Origin: Limnothrix sp. BL-A-16 | Lineage (GTDB): Bacteria > Cyanobacteriota > Cyanobacteriia > CACIAM-69d | Assembly (NCBI GenBank): GCA_041937175.2 | Contig: CP166615.1 | Coordinates: forward strand, 1,344,001 to 1,408,000 | Direction of reading: 5' to 3' | Length of the DNA: 64,000 nucleotides | Shown: in pieces, positions 29,444-39,681 of the stretch | Layout: the number at the start of each line of letters is the position of its first letter | How positions within the stretch are numbered: position 1 is the stretch's first letter | Translations under genes and position numbers: made by a program | Notes under the pieces: model-generated | Told to the model about the DNA's origin: nothing | Database searches by the model: none | The model's input: the letters and a program-made list of their open reading frames with translations, nothing else

Positions 29444-31081
29444 TTAGATCGGACAGTGTAAATTGCCGGATTTTTGAGAAAATTTGAAATTTTCCTGATA
29501 GTCCACGGGGCAATCAATCACAGCAGGTACAGAGTCTGCCAAGGCCTGTTTCAAAATCGGCATCAAGTCATCATTGGACTCCACTCGATAGCCTTTTAGT
29601 CCCATACTTTCGGCAAACTTCACGAAATCAGGATTACCGAATTTGACATAGTGTGATCGCCCAAAAGCATCCTGCTGTTTCCACTCAATCAGTCCATAGC
29701 CGCTGTCATTGAAAACCAACGTGACAAAGGGCGTGCCAATGCGCAGGGCTGTTTCTAATTCCTGGCAATTCATCAAAAAGCCACCATCACCAGTCACGGC
29801 CAAAACCTTGCGATCGGGATAAACCAGCTTGGCAGCGACGGCTCCCGGGATCGCAATGCCCATGGCTGCAAACCCATTGGAAATAAGGCAAGTGTTGGGG
29901 CGATCGCAGTGGTAATTCCGCGCAATCCACATCTTGTGGGCCCCCACATCGGAAATCAAAATATCTTCGGGGGCCAGCACTTGCCGAATGTCATAAACAA
30001 TTTTTTGGGGCTTAATCGGAAACGCCCGATCGCCCGCATATTGTTCATAATCTTCGCGAATTTCAGCCCGCAATTGCACCGCAAAGGGTTCCGGCTGATG
30101 GGAGCGATCGGTGCGTCGCAACAGCTCCAACAGTGAATCAGAAATATCGCCAACAACTTCCACTTGGGGGATGTAGCTACTATCAATTTCAGCGGGCATT
30201 GCCCCCACATGGATAATTGGAATTGAGCCGTGAGGATTCCAGCGTTTTGGGGAATATTCCACCAAGTCATAGCCGATCGCAATGATCAAGTCGGCGGCTT
30301 CAAACGCACAGGTAATAAAGTCTCGTTTCTGGAGTCCCGTTGTCCACAAAGCCAAGGGATGGGTGTAGGGAATAATGCCCTTGCCCATAAAGGTGTTGAC
30401 CACCGGAATGTGCAATTGGGTGGCAAACTCGGTAACCGCTTGATCGGCCCGGGCCCGAATGGCTCCATTGCCAGCCAAAATCAGGGGATTTTTCGCTTTG
30501 GCAATCAGGTTTGCGGCTGAATTGAGGGCACTGAAAGAAGCAAAGGTTTTTTCGTTCTGATCCGTGGCCAAGGGGTTGCCTTCTACGGCCATGGCAGCAA
30601 TATTTTCTGGCAAGTCAATATAAACAGCGCCGGGTTTTTCACTTTGGGCCCGTTTGAAGGCTTTGCGAATAATTTCCGGGGTGTTGCTGGGGCGAACGAC
30701 TTGGCTGCTCCACTTGGTAATTGGGGCAAAAATTGACACCAAATCCAGATATTGATGGGATTCAATATGCATTCGATCGGTGCCCACTTGTCCCGCGATC
30801 GCCACGACCGGTGACCCATCCAAATTGGCATCGGCCACACCGGTAATCAGGTTGGTGGCTCCGGGGCCCAAGGTGGATAAACAAACCCCAGCTTTGCCGG
30901 TTAAGCGACCATAAACATCAGCCATGAAAGCAGCTCCCTGTTCATGGCGGGTGGTGATGAATTGAATTGAAGATTGGCTGATGGCTTCTAACAAATGGAG
31001 ATTTTCTTCTCCAGGCAGTCCAAAAATATATTGCACGCCTTCGTTTTCAAGACATTTGACCAATAATTCTGCGGTATTCAT
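29444..31081 (-). CDS. ThDP enzyme of the acetolactate synthase family, probably 2-oxoglutarate decarboxylase
   Basis: FGLPGEEN, RHEQGAAFMAD and GDGGFLMN; downstream of a succinate-semialdehyde dehydrogenase, as in the cyanobacterial TCA shunt. Confidence 0.85.
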   Translation of the reverse strand: MNTAELLVKCLENEGVQYIFGLPGEENLHLLEAISQSSIQFITTRHEQGAAFMADVYGRLTGKAGVCLSTLGPGATNLITGVADANLDGSPVVAIAGQVGTDRMHIESHQYLDLVSIFAPITKWSSQVVRPSNTPEIIRKAFKRAQSEKPGAVYIDLPENIAAMAVEGNPLATDQNEKTFASFSALNSAANLIAKAKNPLILAGNGAIRARADQAVTEFATQLHIPVVNTFMGKGIIPYTHPLALWTTGLQKRDFITCAFEAADLIIAIGYDLVEYSPKRWNPHGSIPIIHVGAMPAEIDSSYIPQVEVVGDISDSLLELLRRTDRSHQPEPFAVQLRAEIREDYEQYAGDRAFPIKPQKIVYDIRQVLAPEDILISDVGAHKMWIARNYHCDRPNTCLISNGFAAMGIAIPGAVAAKLVYPDRKVLAVTGDGGFLMNCQELETALRIGTPFVTLVFNDSGYGLIEWKQQDAFGRSHYVKFGNPDFVKFAESMGLKGYRVESNDDLMPILKQALADSVPAVIDCPVDYQENFKFSQKSGNLHCPI

Positions 31082-31163
31082 AGATCAAGTTCCGGGAGCG
31101 TCAATGGTGGTTGGTTAAACAGATAAATTCCTGAAGGATGAAAGTATCTGTGGGTAATAGCAA

Positions 31164-31318
31164 GGTACAGATAGTCGTAGGAGCAAGGGGCTGAAGTCCC
31201 TTGTTTCCGTCGATGTTCAAATACCTAATGAACCCAAACGGTACAGGTAGTCGTAGGAGCAAGGGGCTTCAGCCCCTTGTCTTCTTCGATGTTCAAATGC
31301 CTAGTGAACCCAAACGGT
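31164..31318. repeat. 76-bp tandem duplication containing a REP hairpin
   Basis: Units start at 31164 and 31240; each has GTCGTAGGAGCAAGGGGCT..AG.CCCTTG. Confidence 0.9.
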
Positions 31319-32692
31319 TTTGGCGTTCATAAATTCCAACATGCCCTGACGAGCCAGTTCGCGACCATAGCCGGAACGTTTGATGCCGCCAAAGGGCAAT
31401 CGCGGATCCGATTTCACCAGGCTATTCACAAACACAGCACCCGCTTGTAGTTGTTGAATTCCTTGCTCAATTTCTGAAGAATCCGTAGTCCAAATGCTGG
31501 CCCCCAAGCCGAAGGGCGTGTTGTTGGCTAGGGCGATCGCCTGGTCGAGGGTTTCGGTGTGAAATAGGAGGGCAACGGGGCCAAAGAATTCCTCTTGGGC
31601 GATCGGGGCGTTGGGGGGCAAGTCCGCCAGCAGGGTTGGGGGATAGAAGTGCCCACCTTGCAGGGAGGGCGGCAGGCGATCGAGCAAGGCGGCCCGATCG
31701 CCCCCAACCACCACCCGGGCCCCGGCAGCGATCGCCCGGTTCACCTGGTCTGCCAACTCCTCCAGAATTTGGGCCGTGGCCAGGGGCCCCAACTGGGTTG
31801 CGCGATCGCCCGGATCGCCAACCACCAACTGAGCAAAGGCTTGGGCAACGGCCGCTTCAAAGGCCGGCCCGATCGATCCCACGGTGATGAATCGCTTGGC
31901 GGCGATGCAGGTTTGGCCGTTGTTCAGCATTCGAGACGCGACGGCCGTGGCCACCGCTTGCTCAAAATCGGCACTGGGGCAAACGATCAGCGGATCGCTG
32001 CCGCCCAACTCCAACAGGGTTTTTTTGAGGTGGGTTCCGCAATGGCTCGCCAGGGCGCTGCCTGCCCCTTCGCTGCCGGTGAGGGTGGCCGCCGCGATTC
32101 GCGGATCCGCCACCAGGGCCGCCACCCGATCGCTCCCAATCAGCAAGGTTTGGAAGATGCCCGCCGGAAACCCTCCCGCCAAAAATAAGTCCTCTAGCTT
32201 TTGGGCCACCTGCGGCACATTGGACGCATGTTTCAGCAGGGCCCCATTGCCGGCCATCAGGGCCGGAGCAGCAAAGCGAAACACTTGCCAATAGGGAAAA
32301 TTCCAAGGCATGACGGCCAAAATGAGGCCCAAGGGTTGATACCGGATAAAGCTGCGATGAGCATCAGTTTCAACCATTTCATCCGCTAAGAATTCGGCTG
32401 CTCGATCGGCATAAAAACGACAAACGGCGGCGCATTTTTGCACTTCCCCGATCGCTGCGGTTAGGGGTTTTCCCATTTCCAAAACAGCCAGCCGGGCGAG
32501 GGCTTCACAGTCTGTTTCCAGGCGATCGGCCACTTGATTTAACCAGGCTGCTCGTTGGGCGATCGGGACAGTTTGGTAAGCCTGAAAGGCGCGATCAGCT
32601 AAATCCAGTTTGGCGGCTAATGCCTGATCCGTGAGCGGTTCAAAACGTTGAACCCATTGCCCGGTTGTGGGATTGACAGTTGCAATGGCCAC
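31301..32692 (-). CDS. gabD: NAD(P)-dependent succinate-semialdehyde dehydrogenase
   Basis: (M)AIATVNP, MPWNFP, LELGGSD, NNGQTCIAAKR, EEFFGP and PFGGIKRSGYGRE; GTG 32692 follows AGGAGG. Confidence 0.92.
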   Translation of the reverse strand: MAIATVNPTTGQWVQRFEPLTDQALAAKLDLADRAFQAYQTVPIAQRAAWLNQVADRLETDCEALARLAVLEMGKPLTAAIGEVQKCAAVCRFYADRAAEFLADEMVETDAHRSFIRYQPLGLILAVMPWNFPYWQVFRFAAPALMAGNGALLKHASNVPQVAQKLEDLFLAGGFPAGIFQTLLIGSDRVAALVADPRIAAATLTGSEGAGSALASHCGTHLKKTLLELGGSDPLIVCPSADFEQAVATAVASRMLNNGQTCIAAKRFITVGSIGPAFEAAVAQAFAQLVVGDPGDRATQLGPLATAQILEELADQVNRAIAAGARVVVGGDRAALLDRLPPSLQGGHFYPPTLLADLPPNAPIAQEEFFGPVALLFHTETLDQAIALANNTPFGLGASIWTTDSSEIEQGIQQLQAGAVFVNSLVKSDPRLPFGGIKRSGYGRELARQGMLEFMNAKTVWVH

Positions 32693-33333
32693 TGGACACC
32701 TCCTAGATTTGTCCATGTCCCATCAGAACCGATTCTGCACTGACCCAAAATCGCTTAAGGATTGATCAAGTACCAATTCTGTTCTGAGTTAAAGATTGAT
32801 TGAAGTATTTGTTAAAAGTCAATTAGTGATGAGCTAATCACGCCAAAACAGCGTTGAAGCAATAGCCAAAAACCAACGATTGAGAACCGATCAATAATGA
32901 TTGAAAAAATAATTAAAGAAACGATTGAAAAGTTAATGGCCAGTCATTGCTGATCCATTTCTCATCGAATACCTATTCCTATCCTAGATGGGTTTTGGGG
33001 TCTAATTCTCGGTATTTCGCCAAAACTGTGTAACCTTATACAAAACTACATCATGCCAAGTGACCCTGGCCGCTGATTGGTCACTGATTGGTCAAACGAT
33101 TGCCCATTGGGATGCAGTGCTTTGCGATGGTCGGAAGCCTATCTTGAGTGGCTGAAGCGAAAGGTCGTTGTCTTGAATTGTCGCTCTTGAATTGCCGCTG
33201 TTTTTTGGATTAAGACTGTGCTGAGTTGCGCGTAACCTAATCGTTCTGCCGAGGTCGATTCAACCTTACCTGCGATTAACTGCCGCGTCACTGGTTTCTC
33301 AGCTCTCCTCTTAGTAACCCAAGGACAACTCCC

Positions 33334-36300
33334 ATGGCAACTTGGCTCCATCGCTCTGGTAATCGGTTGCTGGTGCTGCTGTTGTGGGGAAGTTGTTTGG
33401 GGAGCGGGGGCGATCGCGCCTGGGCCTTTAATCCCGAGCATTTGCGCCAACTGTTTGCCACCAATCAATGCGAGGGCTGTGACCTGTCGGGGGCGGATCT
33501 CAGTGGCCAGCGGATGAGCTATGCCAACCTGAGCGGGGCCGATTTGCGGGGCGCGAACTTATCGGGGGCCAATCTGAAGTCGGTTTTGGCTTGGCGTGCC
33601 AACTTGGCCGGGGCTAACTTGACGGGAGCCAATTTGGAAGATGCCACCCTGTCGAGGGCGAATTTGCAGGGGGTGAATTTGCGATCGGCCATCCTGGAGG
33701 ATTGCGATCTAGAGGGCACGGATTTGGCGGGGGTTGACCTCAGCGGCGTGGACTTGTCCAGAGTCAGTTTCAACGGAGCGAACCTGACAGAGGCCAAGTT
33801 GATGGGGGCCGATTTGTCTTGGGCGGAGTTAAACCGGGCGAATTTGACCAATGCTGATCTAACGGGGGCAATTCTGTTTGGGGCCGATTTGAATGGGGCG
33901 AATTTGACCGGGGCCAAGCTGGACGGAGCCAACATCGATGGGGCCGAAATGGCGGGGGTGATTGGCTACGGTGGCCCGCTGCCCAAGGAGGGGCCGGCAA
34001 TTCTAATTCAGGAGCAACCAAATTCGGCGGAGGGCGATCGCCTGTTGGAGCAGGGCGTGAACCTGTTGGGCCAAGGTCGGTTGCCGGAAGCACAGACCAC
34101 CTGGGAACAGGCCCTGGGAATTTATCGGCGCGATCGGGATGGGGCCGGAGCGGCGGTGACCATGGCTCAGTTGGCTATGGTCACCTTTCAGCGGGGGCAA
34201 TTGGATCAGGCGATCGATTGGGGATTCCAGGCGCTGAATCTGGCTCGGCAGGAGCGATCGGCCAGTGCGGAATCGGTGGCCTTGGGGATCATTGGCAATG
34301 TTCACTACGAGCGGGCAGATTATCTGAAAGCCCTGGAGTTTTATCAACAGCGGTTACAGGCCTCCGCTGGTGGGCCCTTCTACCATGCGGCTTTGATCGA
34401 TCGCGCCAAGGGGGCGATCGCCATTGGCGACTATGCCACCGGAATGCTCGACAGCTTGGAGGTGCTCAACGATCCGCTGCAAACGGCCACACCCGTTCGG
34501 CGCTTAGGAGCCTTGATCACCATGGTGCAAGGCCTGATCGGCGCAGGAGACTATGCCCAGGCTCGCCGCTACCTGAACGAAGCCCGCCAAGACCTGAAAG
34601 GGGTCAGCAATCGGCTGTGGGAGCCGGAGTTTTGGCAACTGAGCAGCGCCCTTGATCTGAACCAAGGCAACTTTACAGCGGCGATCGCAGCGGCAGAACA
34701 GGCCTGGGAAATTGCCCCCAGCCCCCGATTGAAATATGCGGCCCAACGCTCGATCGGCCTGGCCCAAGCGGCCCAAGGCAACTGGGGTGCGGCCATCAAA
34801 TCCTATGAAGCGGCGCTGAACATTGCCCAAACGGTGAACGATCGACGGGGCCGCGTGGAGGTGCTCAGTGATTTGGGGTTGGCTCTACACCAATCCGGCG
34901 ACCTAAACCGAGCGGCCAGCGTCCTCACCCAAGCGAGCGAAGGTTGGGATGAGCTGGTGCAAACCTTCATTGGCGAGGATTATTTCAAGGTGGGGTTCAT
35001 GGAGCTGCAAACCCAGGTTAATCAACGGCTTCAGGATGTGTACTTGGCTCAAAACCGCCCGGAACAGGCCCTGGTGGTGTCAGAACAGGGGCGATCGCGC
35101 GTGTTTTTGGACTTGATGATGGGGAAATTGGCTGCCCAAGGTCGTTTGGCTAACCCCGATTCCGCTGTGTCGGTGGAAAGCATCCAGGCCACTGCCCGAT
35201 CGCAGCGGGCCACCCTGGTGATCTACGCGGTTCAGCAAGAGGACAGCACGACCTATTGCAGCATCTACAGCAAGTCCTGCCAATTAACCACCGCCAAGCC
35301 CCAAACCAGCGCCCTCAACCCGCCGCCACCGGACAAGGTGAATATTTGGGTGGTGTCGCCCGAGGGACAAATTCACTTTCGGCGCGGCCAGTTACCTCAG
35401 GCCGAAAACCAGCCTCATCCCGTTCCCTTGAACGATTTGGTGAGCCGCAGCCGCAGCAAGGTGACCTTTCAACAGTTGCCCAGCCTGCGCCAACTCCACA
35501 GCCTGTTGATTGAACCGATTGTCGATCTGTTGCCCAAGGAGCCGAGCGATCGAGTGGTGTTTATTCCCCAAGGCACGCTGTTTTTAGTGCCCTTTGCGGC
35601 CCTGCGCAATCCCGATGGCCAATACCTGATCCAAAATCACACCCTGTCGGTCTCTCCTTCCATTCGCGTGTTGGCCCTGGCCAGCAGCCAACTGCCCCCA
35701 CTATCAGCGGGACAACCCCAACCCCTGCGCGGCCCGGCTTTGGTGGTGGGTAACCCAACCATGCCCCAAATTCCCGATCGCAACTTGGGCGACCAGGAGC
35801 GCTCCTTGGCCCCCTTGCCGGGAGCCAGCCTGGAGGCCCGGGCGATCGCCCAATTGCTGAACACTCAGCCCCTGGAGGGCGCAGCGGCCACCGAAACCGC
35901 CGTCACCGCCCGGATGGAAGAATCCCAAATTATTCACCTTGCCACCCATGGCCTGCTGGATGACTACTTCGGTGAGGGGGTCATTCCGGCGGTTCCGGGG
36001 GCTTTGGCGTTGGCTCCCAGCCCCAATCCGGAAGGGGATGACCAAGATGGATTCCTGACCACCGAGGAAATCTTGAACCTGAAGCTAAAGGCGCAGTTGG
36101 TGGTGCTGAGTGCCTGCGATACGGGACGGGGCCGACTCACTAGTGATGGGGCGATCGGGCTGTCGCGGGCGTTCATTGTGGCGGGTGCGCCCAGCACGGT
36201 TGTTTCCCTTTGGGCAGTGCCGGATCAGCCCACTTCGGAGTTGATGTTGACGTTCTACCGGGAATTTTTGAAGTCGGGCGATCGGGCCGCGGCCCTGCGG

Positions 36301-36381
36301 GCGGCCATGCTGGATACCCAACAGCGTCACCCGGATCCGGTGAATTGGGCGGCCTTTTCCCTGGTGGGGGCAGCCCGTTAG
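33334..36381 (+). CDS. Signal peptide + pentapeptide repeats + TPR + CHAT (caspase-like) protease
   Basis: AWA|FNPEHLRQLFATNQCEGC, A(D/N)LxG repeats, TPRs, HLATHG, VVLSACDTG and WAAF. Confidence 0.9.
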   Translation: MATWLHRSGNRLLVLLLWGSCLGSGGDRAWAFNPEHLRQLFATNQCEGCDLSGADLSGQRMSYANLSGADLRGANLSGANLKSVLAWRANLAGANLTGANLEDATLSRANLQGVNLRSAILEDCDLEGTDLAGVDLSGVDLSRVSFNGANLTEAKLMGADLSWAELNRANLTNADLTGAILFGADLNGANLTGAKLDGANIDGAEMAGVIGYGGPLPKEGPAILIQEQPNSAEGDRLLEQGVNLLGQGRLPEAQTTWEQALGIYRRDRDGAGAAVTMAQLAMVTFQRGQLDQAIDWGFQALNLARQERSASAESVALGIIGNVHYERADYLKALEFYQQRLQASAGGPFYHAALIDRAKGAIAIGDYATGMLDSLEVLNDPLQTATPVRRLGALITMVQGLIGAGDYAQARRYLNEARQDLKGVSNRLWEPEFWQLSSALDLNQGNFTAAIAAAEQAWEIAPSPRLKYAAQRSIGLAQAAQGNWGAAIKSYEAALNIAQTVNDRRGRVEVLSDLGLALHQSGDLNRAASVLTQASEGWDELVQTFIGEDYFKVGFMELQTQVNQRLQDVYLAQNRPEQALVVSEQGRSRVFLDLMMGKLAAQGRLANPDSAVSVESIQATARSQRATLVIYAVQQEDSTTYCSIYSKSCQLTTAKPQTSALNPPPPDKVNIWVVSPEGQIHFRRGQLPQAENQPHPVPLNDLVSRSRSKVTFQQLPSLRQLHSLLIEPIVDLLPKEPSDRVVFIPQGTLFLVPFAALRNPDGQYLIQNHTLSVSPSIRVLALASSQLPPLSAGQPQPLRGPALVVGNPTMPQIPDRNLGDQERSLAPLPGASLEARAIAQLLNTQPLEGAAATETAVTARMEESQIIHLATHGLLDDYFGEGVIPAVPGALALAPSPNPEGDDQDGFLTTEEILNLKLKAQLVVLSACDTGRGRLTSDGAIGLSRAFIVAGAPSTVVSLWAVPDQPTSELMLTFYREFLKSGDRAAALRAAMLDTQQRHPDPVNWAAFSLVGAAR

Positions 36382-36389
36382 GGATCGAC

Positions 36390-36473
36390 GGGAAAACAGG
36401 CGATCACGCTTGAATTTGTAACGTTCTTCATGGGAAAGCAGGCGATCGCGCTTGAATCTGTAACGTTCTTCAA
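36390..36473. repeat. 42-bp direct repeat x2
   Basis: GGGAAA(A/G)CAGGCGATC(A/G)CGCTTGAAT(T/C)TGTAACGTTCTTCA at 36390 and 36432. Confidence 0.9.
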
Positions 36474-36480
36474 CGGAACA

Positions 36481-36517
36481 TTGACAGGTCTGATGACAAT
36501 TCCGTAGCTTTGGATAC
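36481..36517 (+). promoter_or_regulatory. Promoter with overlapping NtcA-type box
   Basis: TTGACA 36481-36486; TAGCTT 36505-36510; GTA-GCTTTGGA-TAC 36504-36517. Confidence 0.5.
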
Positions 36518-36570
36518 AGAAAAAGACTGGTCTTTTAAGCTGGGCGTTGATGTCCAAAGGAGTTGAGGCC

Positions 36571-36816
36571 ATGCAACTGAGCGATCGCGTCACCCGTTCC
36601 TACAGCCCCACAACTTGGACGGCCGCGGCTAACATTGCCCACCCTCAGGAGCGCTGCTGGGTTGATCTGCTCTGGTTGCCGAATGATACCTGCCACGATC
36701 GGGCGCTGTTGCTTTGTGAGCATGAGGATGAAGCCTGGACGGTCTGGATTCCTGGCCATGGCGAAATGGTGATTGCTCGATCGCAAATGGGCCCGATCGT
36801 CTGCGAAGCGGCCTAG
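36571..36816 (+). CDS. Small conserved cyanobacterial hypothetical protein
   Basis: WVDLL..P....RALLLCE....WTVWIPGHGE; GGAG/GAGG SD before ATG 36571 (alternative start 36550). Confidence 0.75.
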   Translation: MQLSDRVTRSYSPTTWTAAANIAHPQERCWVDLLWLPNDTCHDRALLLCEHEDEAWTVWIPGHGEMVIARSQMGPIVCEAA

Positions 36817-37210
36817 GCGCACAGCCAAAAGCTTGCATTGTTCCTCGATTCATTCGCCCCAAACGTAATCATTCGCCCAGATCACCCGCCTAAAGGCCAA
36901 ACCCTAGAGGCGCAACCATCCCAGACAAGGGGTTTAAACCCCTTGCCCCTACGACTTTGCAGCGGCCGTGATTTGGCTCCGGCGAAGACTTTCGGCAAAG
37001 ACTTTCAGTAAAAACTTCGGGCCAAGATTCTTGGTAGAAACTGCCAACCAAAACGGTGGCCAAACGGCTGTTACTGCCGCTTGGCCACCATCTTGATGAG
37101 CACCGTCATGAGTCACGGGGGAGTCAGAGGCACGAATCGGGGAACTGGAGCCAGATCGAGTTCAGCTCCCCGCAACGCCGCCCCTGAAAACTCTGATCCA
37201 ACTAATCCAA

Positions 37211-39358
37211 CTAAGGCGCGAGGTAGGTATAGCCCTGAAGGCTGCGCTCATAGTTTTGTAGCAGCAGTTGCGACTCCCGCAAGGAAATGTGTTTTTCCTG
37301 CATGGCTTGCTCCGCTTGCCGGCGCATACTTTCCACCAAATCCTCCGGCTCGTATTGCACGTAGCTGAGGGCTTCCTTCATGGTGTCACCCCTCACCACA
37401 TGCTCAATTCGGTAGCCCTTGGGGGTGAGGTGGATATGAACGGTGTTGGTGTCACCAAACAGATTGTGCAGGCTGCCCATAATTTCCTGATAAGCGCCAT
37501 TCAGGAACATGCCCAGGTAGTAGGGTTCATATTCCCGATCGCCATAGGACTCCTGTTGACTGGGATCAACCGGCTTTAGGGCGTGCAGTTCCAACACGTT
37601 TTTCACGTCGCGCAAATCGATGAATTGGTCGATTTTGCCGTCGCTGTCGCAGGTGAGATCCGCCAAAATCCCTCGCTCGGTGGGTTCCTCATCGAGGCGG
37701 TGGATCGGCGCGATCGGGAAAAGCTGCCCGATCGCCCAAGTATCCGGGGCCGACTGAAACACCGACATATTGATGTAGTAGATCGACGACATCATCTGTT
37801 CTAGGTATTCCAAATCATCGGGCACATAATCTTCCTTGCGGACAATTTCCCGAATCTTGGTGCAGCAAGCCCAATACAACCGCTCAATTTTGGCGCGATC
37901 GGTCAGGCTCAAATAACCAAAACTAAACAGGCTCAAGGCCTCATCCCGAGTTTGCGTTGCATCGTGGAACATCTCTTGATAGTTGTCCCGATCGATCAAC
38001 GAATAGGTTTCATAAAGGCTCTTGAGGGCCGCGTGGTCTTCCGGTTCCGAGGGTTGCGGCTCCGTGAAAGCCATTTGGCTCACACTCAACACATCAAACA
38101 CCAGCACCGACTGGTGCGAAGCCACCGCCCGCCCGCTCTCGCTAATGAGGGTGGGAACCTTCACCCCTCGCGACGAACAGGTATCATTCACCGCCGCCAC
38201 AATGTCATCGGCGTAATTTTGCAGCGTGTAGTTGGTGGAAGCGTGGAAATTCGTCTTGGAACCGTCATAGTCGATCCCCAAGCCGCCTCCCACATCCAGG
38301 TATTGCATCCCCGCACCCAGTTCATGCAGTTCCACATAAATCTGGCTGGCTTCGCGGATCGCATCCTTAATCACACTGATTGAGGAGATCTGAGAACCAA
38401 TGTGGAAATGCAGCAACTGCAAACAGTCGAGCATATCCGCTTGGCGCAGTTGATCCACCGCGCCCAGAATTTCCGGAATCGTCAGGCCAAATTTTGCCCG
38501 ATCGCCCGCCGAATCTCCCCAGCGGCCCACGCCCTTCGCATTCAGCTTGGCCCGGACACCCAAAATCGGCTTGATGCCTAACCGTTGACTGGCGGAGATG
38601 GCCAGTTTCACCTCTTCCACCTGCTCCAGCACAATGACGGGCGTTTTGCCCAAGCGCTGGGCCAAGATTGCCGTTTCGATATATTCCCGATCCTTGTAGC
38701 CATTGCAAATCAGCATGGCTCCCGGGGTGGTCAACATCGCCAGGGCGATCATCAATTCTGGCTTTGACCCGGCTTCCAGCCCAAATTGATAGGGCTGGCC
38801 AAATTCCACCAGGTCTTCAATCAAGTGGCGCTGCTGGTTGCACTTGACGGGGAACACGCCCTTATAGCCCCCGGCGTATTTGTATTTGGCGATCGCCTTA
38901 GCAAAAACCGCCGTGAGCCGTTCAATGCGATCGGCCAAAATATCCGTGAACCGAATCAACAGAGGCAAACCCAAATTTCGCTGCTTGAGCGCTTCAACGA
39001 GTTCGTGCAAGTCGATCGCCCCGCCGCGCTCCGCTTTTGGCGAAACCGTCACGTGACCCGCCGCATTAATCGAAAAATACGGCTCACCCCATGCCCGAAT
39101 GCGATAGGTGGCTTCGCTGTCCTCGATCGTCCAGGGACGTTCCCCGGTCACGCTATTTGTTTTTTGTGCCAATTCCGTTAAACCCTGAATTGCCGTGCGT
39201 GCATCGGCCCGCATTCCGCGCTTGCGTCGTCCGCCCCGGTCACTGCGGGCTGATTCTTCAGTTTCCTTTGCAGTAACCGACCCGTCCACCATTGGACTTT
39301 CGGCCTGGGCGATCGTCGATTCCGCCGTGGCAGTCTCGACCGTCAAATCGATCCCCAT
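37211..39358 (-). CDS. speA: Biosynthetic arginine decarboxylase
   Basis: FPVKCNQ, GLEAGSKPEL, HFHIGSQI, DVGGGLG, TCDSDG and HNLFG. Confidence 0.97.
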   Translation of the reverse strand: MGIDLTVETATAESTIAQAESPMVDGSVTAKETEESARSDRGGRRKRGMRADARTAIQGLTELAQKTNSVTGERPWTIEDSEATYRIRAWGEPYFSINAAGHVTVSPKAERGGAIDLHELVEALKQRNLGLPLLIRFTDILADRIERLTAVFAKAIAKYKYAGGYKGVFPVKCNQQRHLIEDLVEFGQPYQFGLEAGSKPELMIALAMLTTPGAMLICNGYKDREYIETAILAQRLGKTPVIVLEQVEEVKLAISASQRLGIKPILGVRAKLNAKGVGRWGDSAGDRAKFGLTIPEILGAVDQLRQADMLDCLQLLHFHIGSQISSISVIKDAIREASQIYVELHELGAGMQYLDVGGGLGIDYDGSKTNFHASTNYTLQNYADDIVAAVNDTCSSRGVKVPTLISESGRAVASHQSVLVFDVLSVSQMAFTEPQPSEPEDHAALKSLYETYSLIDRDNYQEMFHDATQTRDEALSLFSFGYLSLTDRAKIERLYWACCTKIREIVRKEDYVPDDLEYLEQMMSSIYYINMSVFQSAPDTWAIGQLFPIAPIHRLDEEPTERGILADLTCDSDGKIDQFIDLRDVKNVLELHALKPVDPSQQESYGDREYEPYYLGMFLNGAYQEIMGSLHNLFGDTNTVHIHLTPKGYRIEHVVRGDTMKEALSYVQYEPEDLVESMRRQAEQAMQEKHISLRESQLLLQNYERSLQGYTYLAP

Positions 39359-39681
39359 TTTTCGTCAACCTCCAGACGACAGTCCAGCTAGCAGCGGGTC
39401 TGCTTGATTGATAATGACCGGCAATGACCGGACTAAGATAAACCAGCTTCTCAGTGTATCCTAATTCCAATCAAAAGGGCGGCAATCCCGGTGGGGTAAG
39501 GATTCGGTTAACTTTTGGTTATACCCCCGCAGCCCTAGGGCGACCTGTGAAGTCATCCGCAAAGCCCTAATCGACAGTCCCGGCGATCGATCCTGACCAA
39601 ACTGGCCCATTTTTTTGCACTATTAGAAGGGCAAAAATTTCCCGCCCCTATTATTTTTCCCTTTCTTGAGGAGTGCAAGTC

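Noticed and set aside
31164..31318. Possible mini-CRISPR (palindromic repeats at regular spacing; also 46970-47138)
   Set aside because: Only two units, the spacers are duplicated too, and there are no cas genes.
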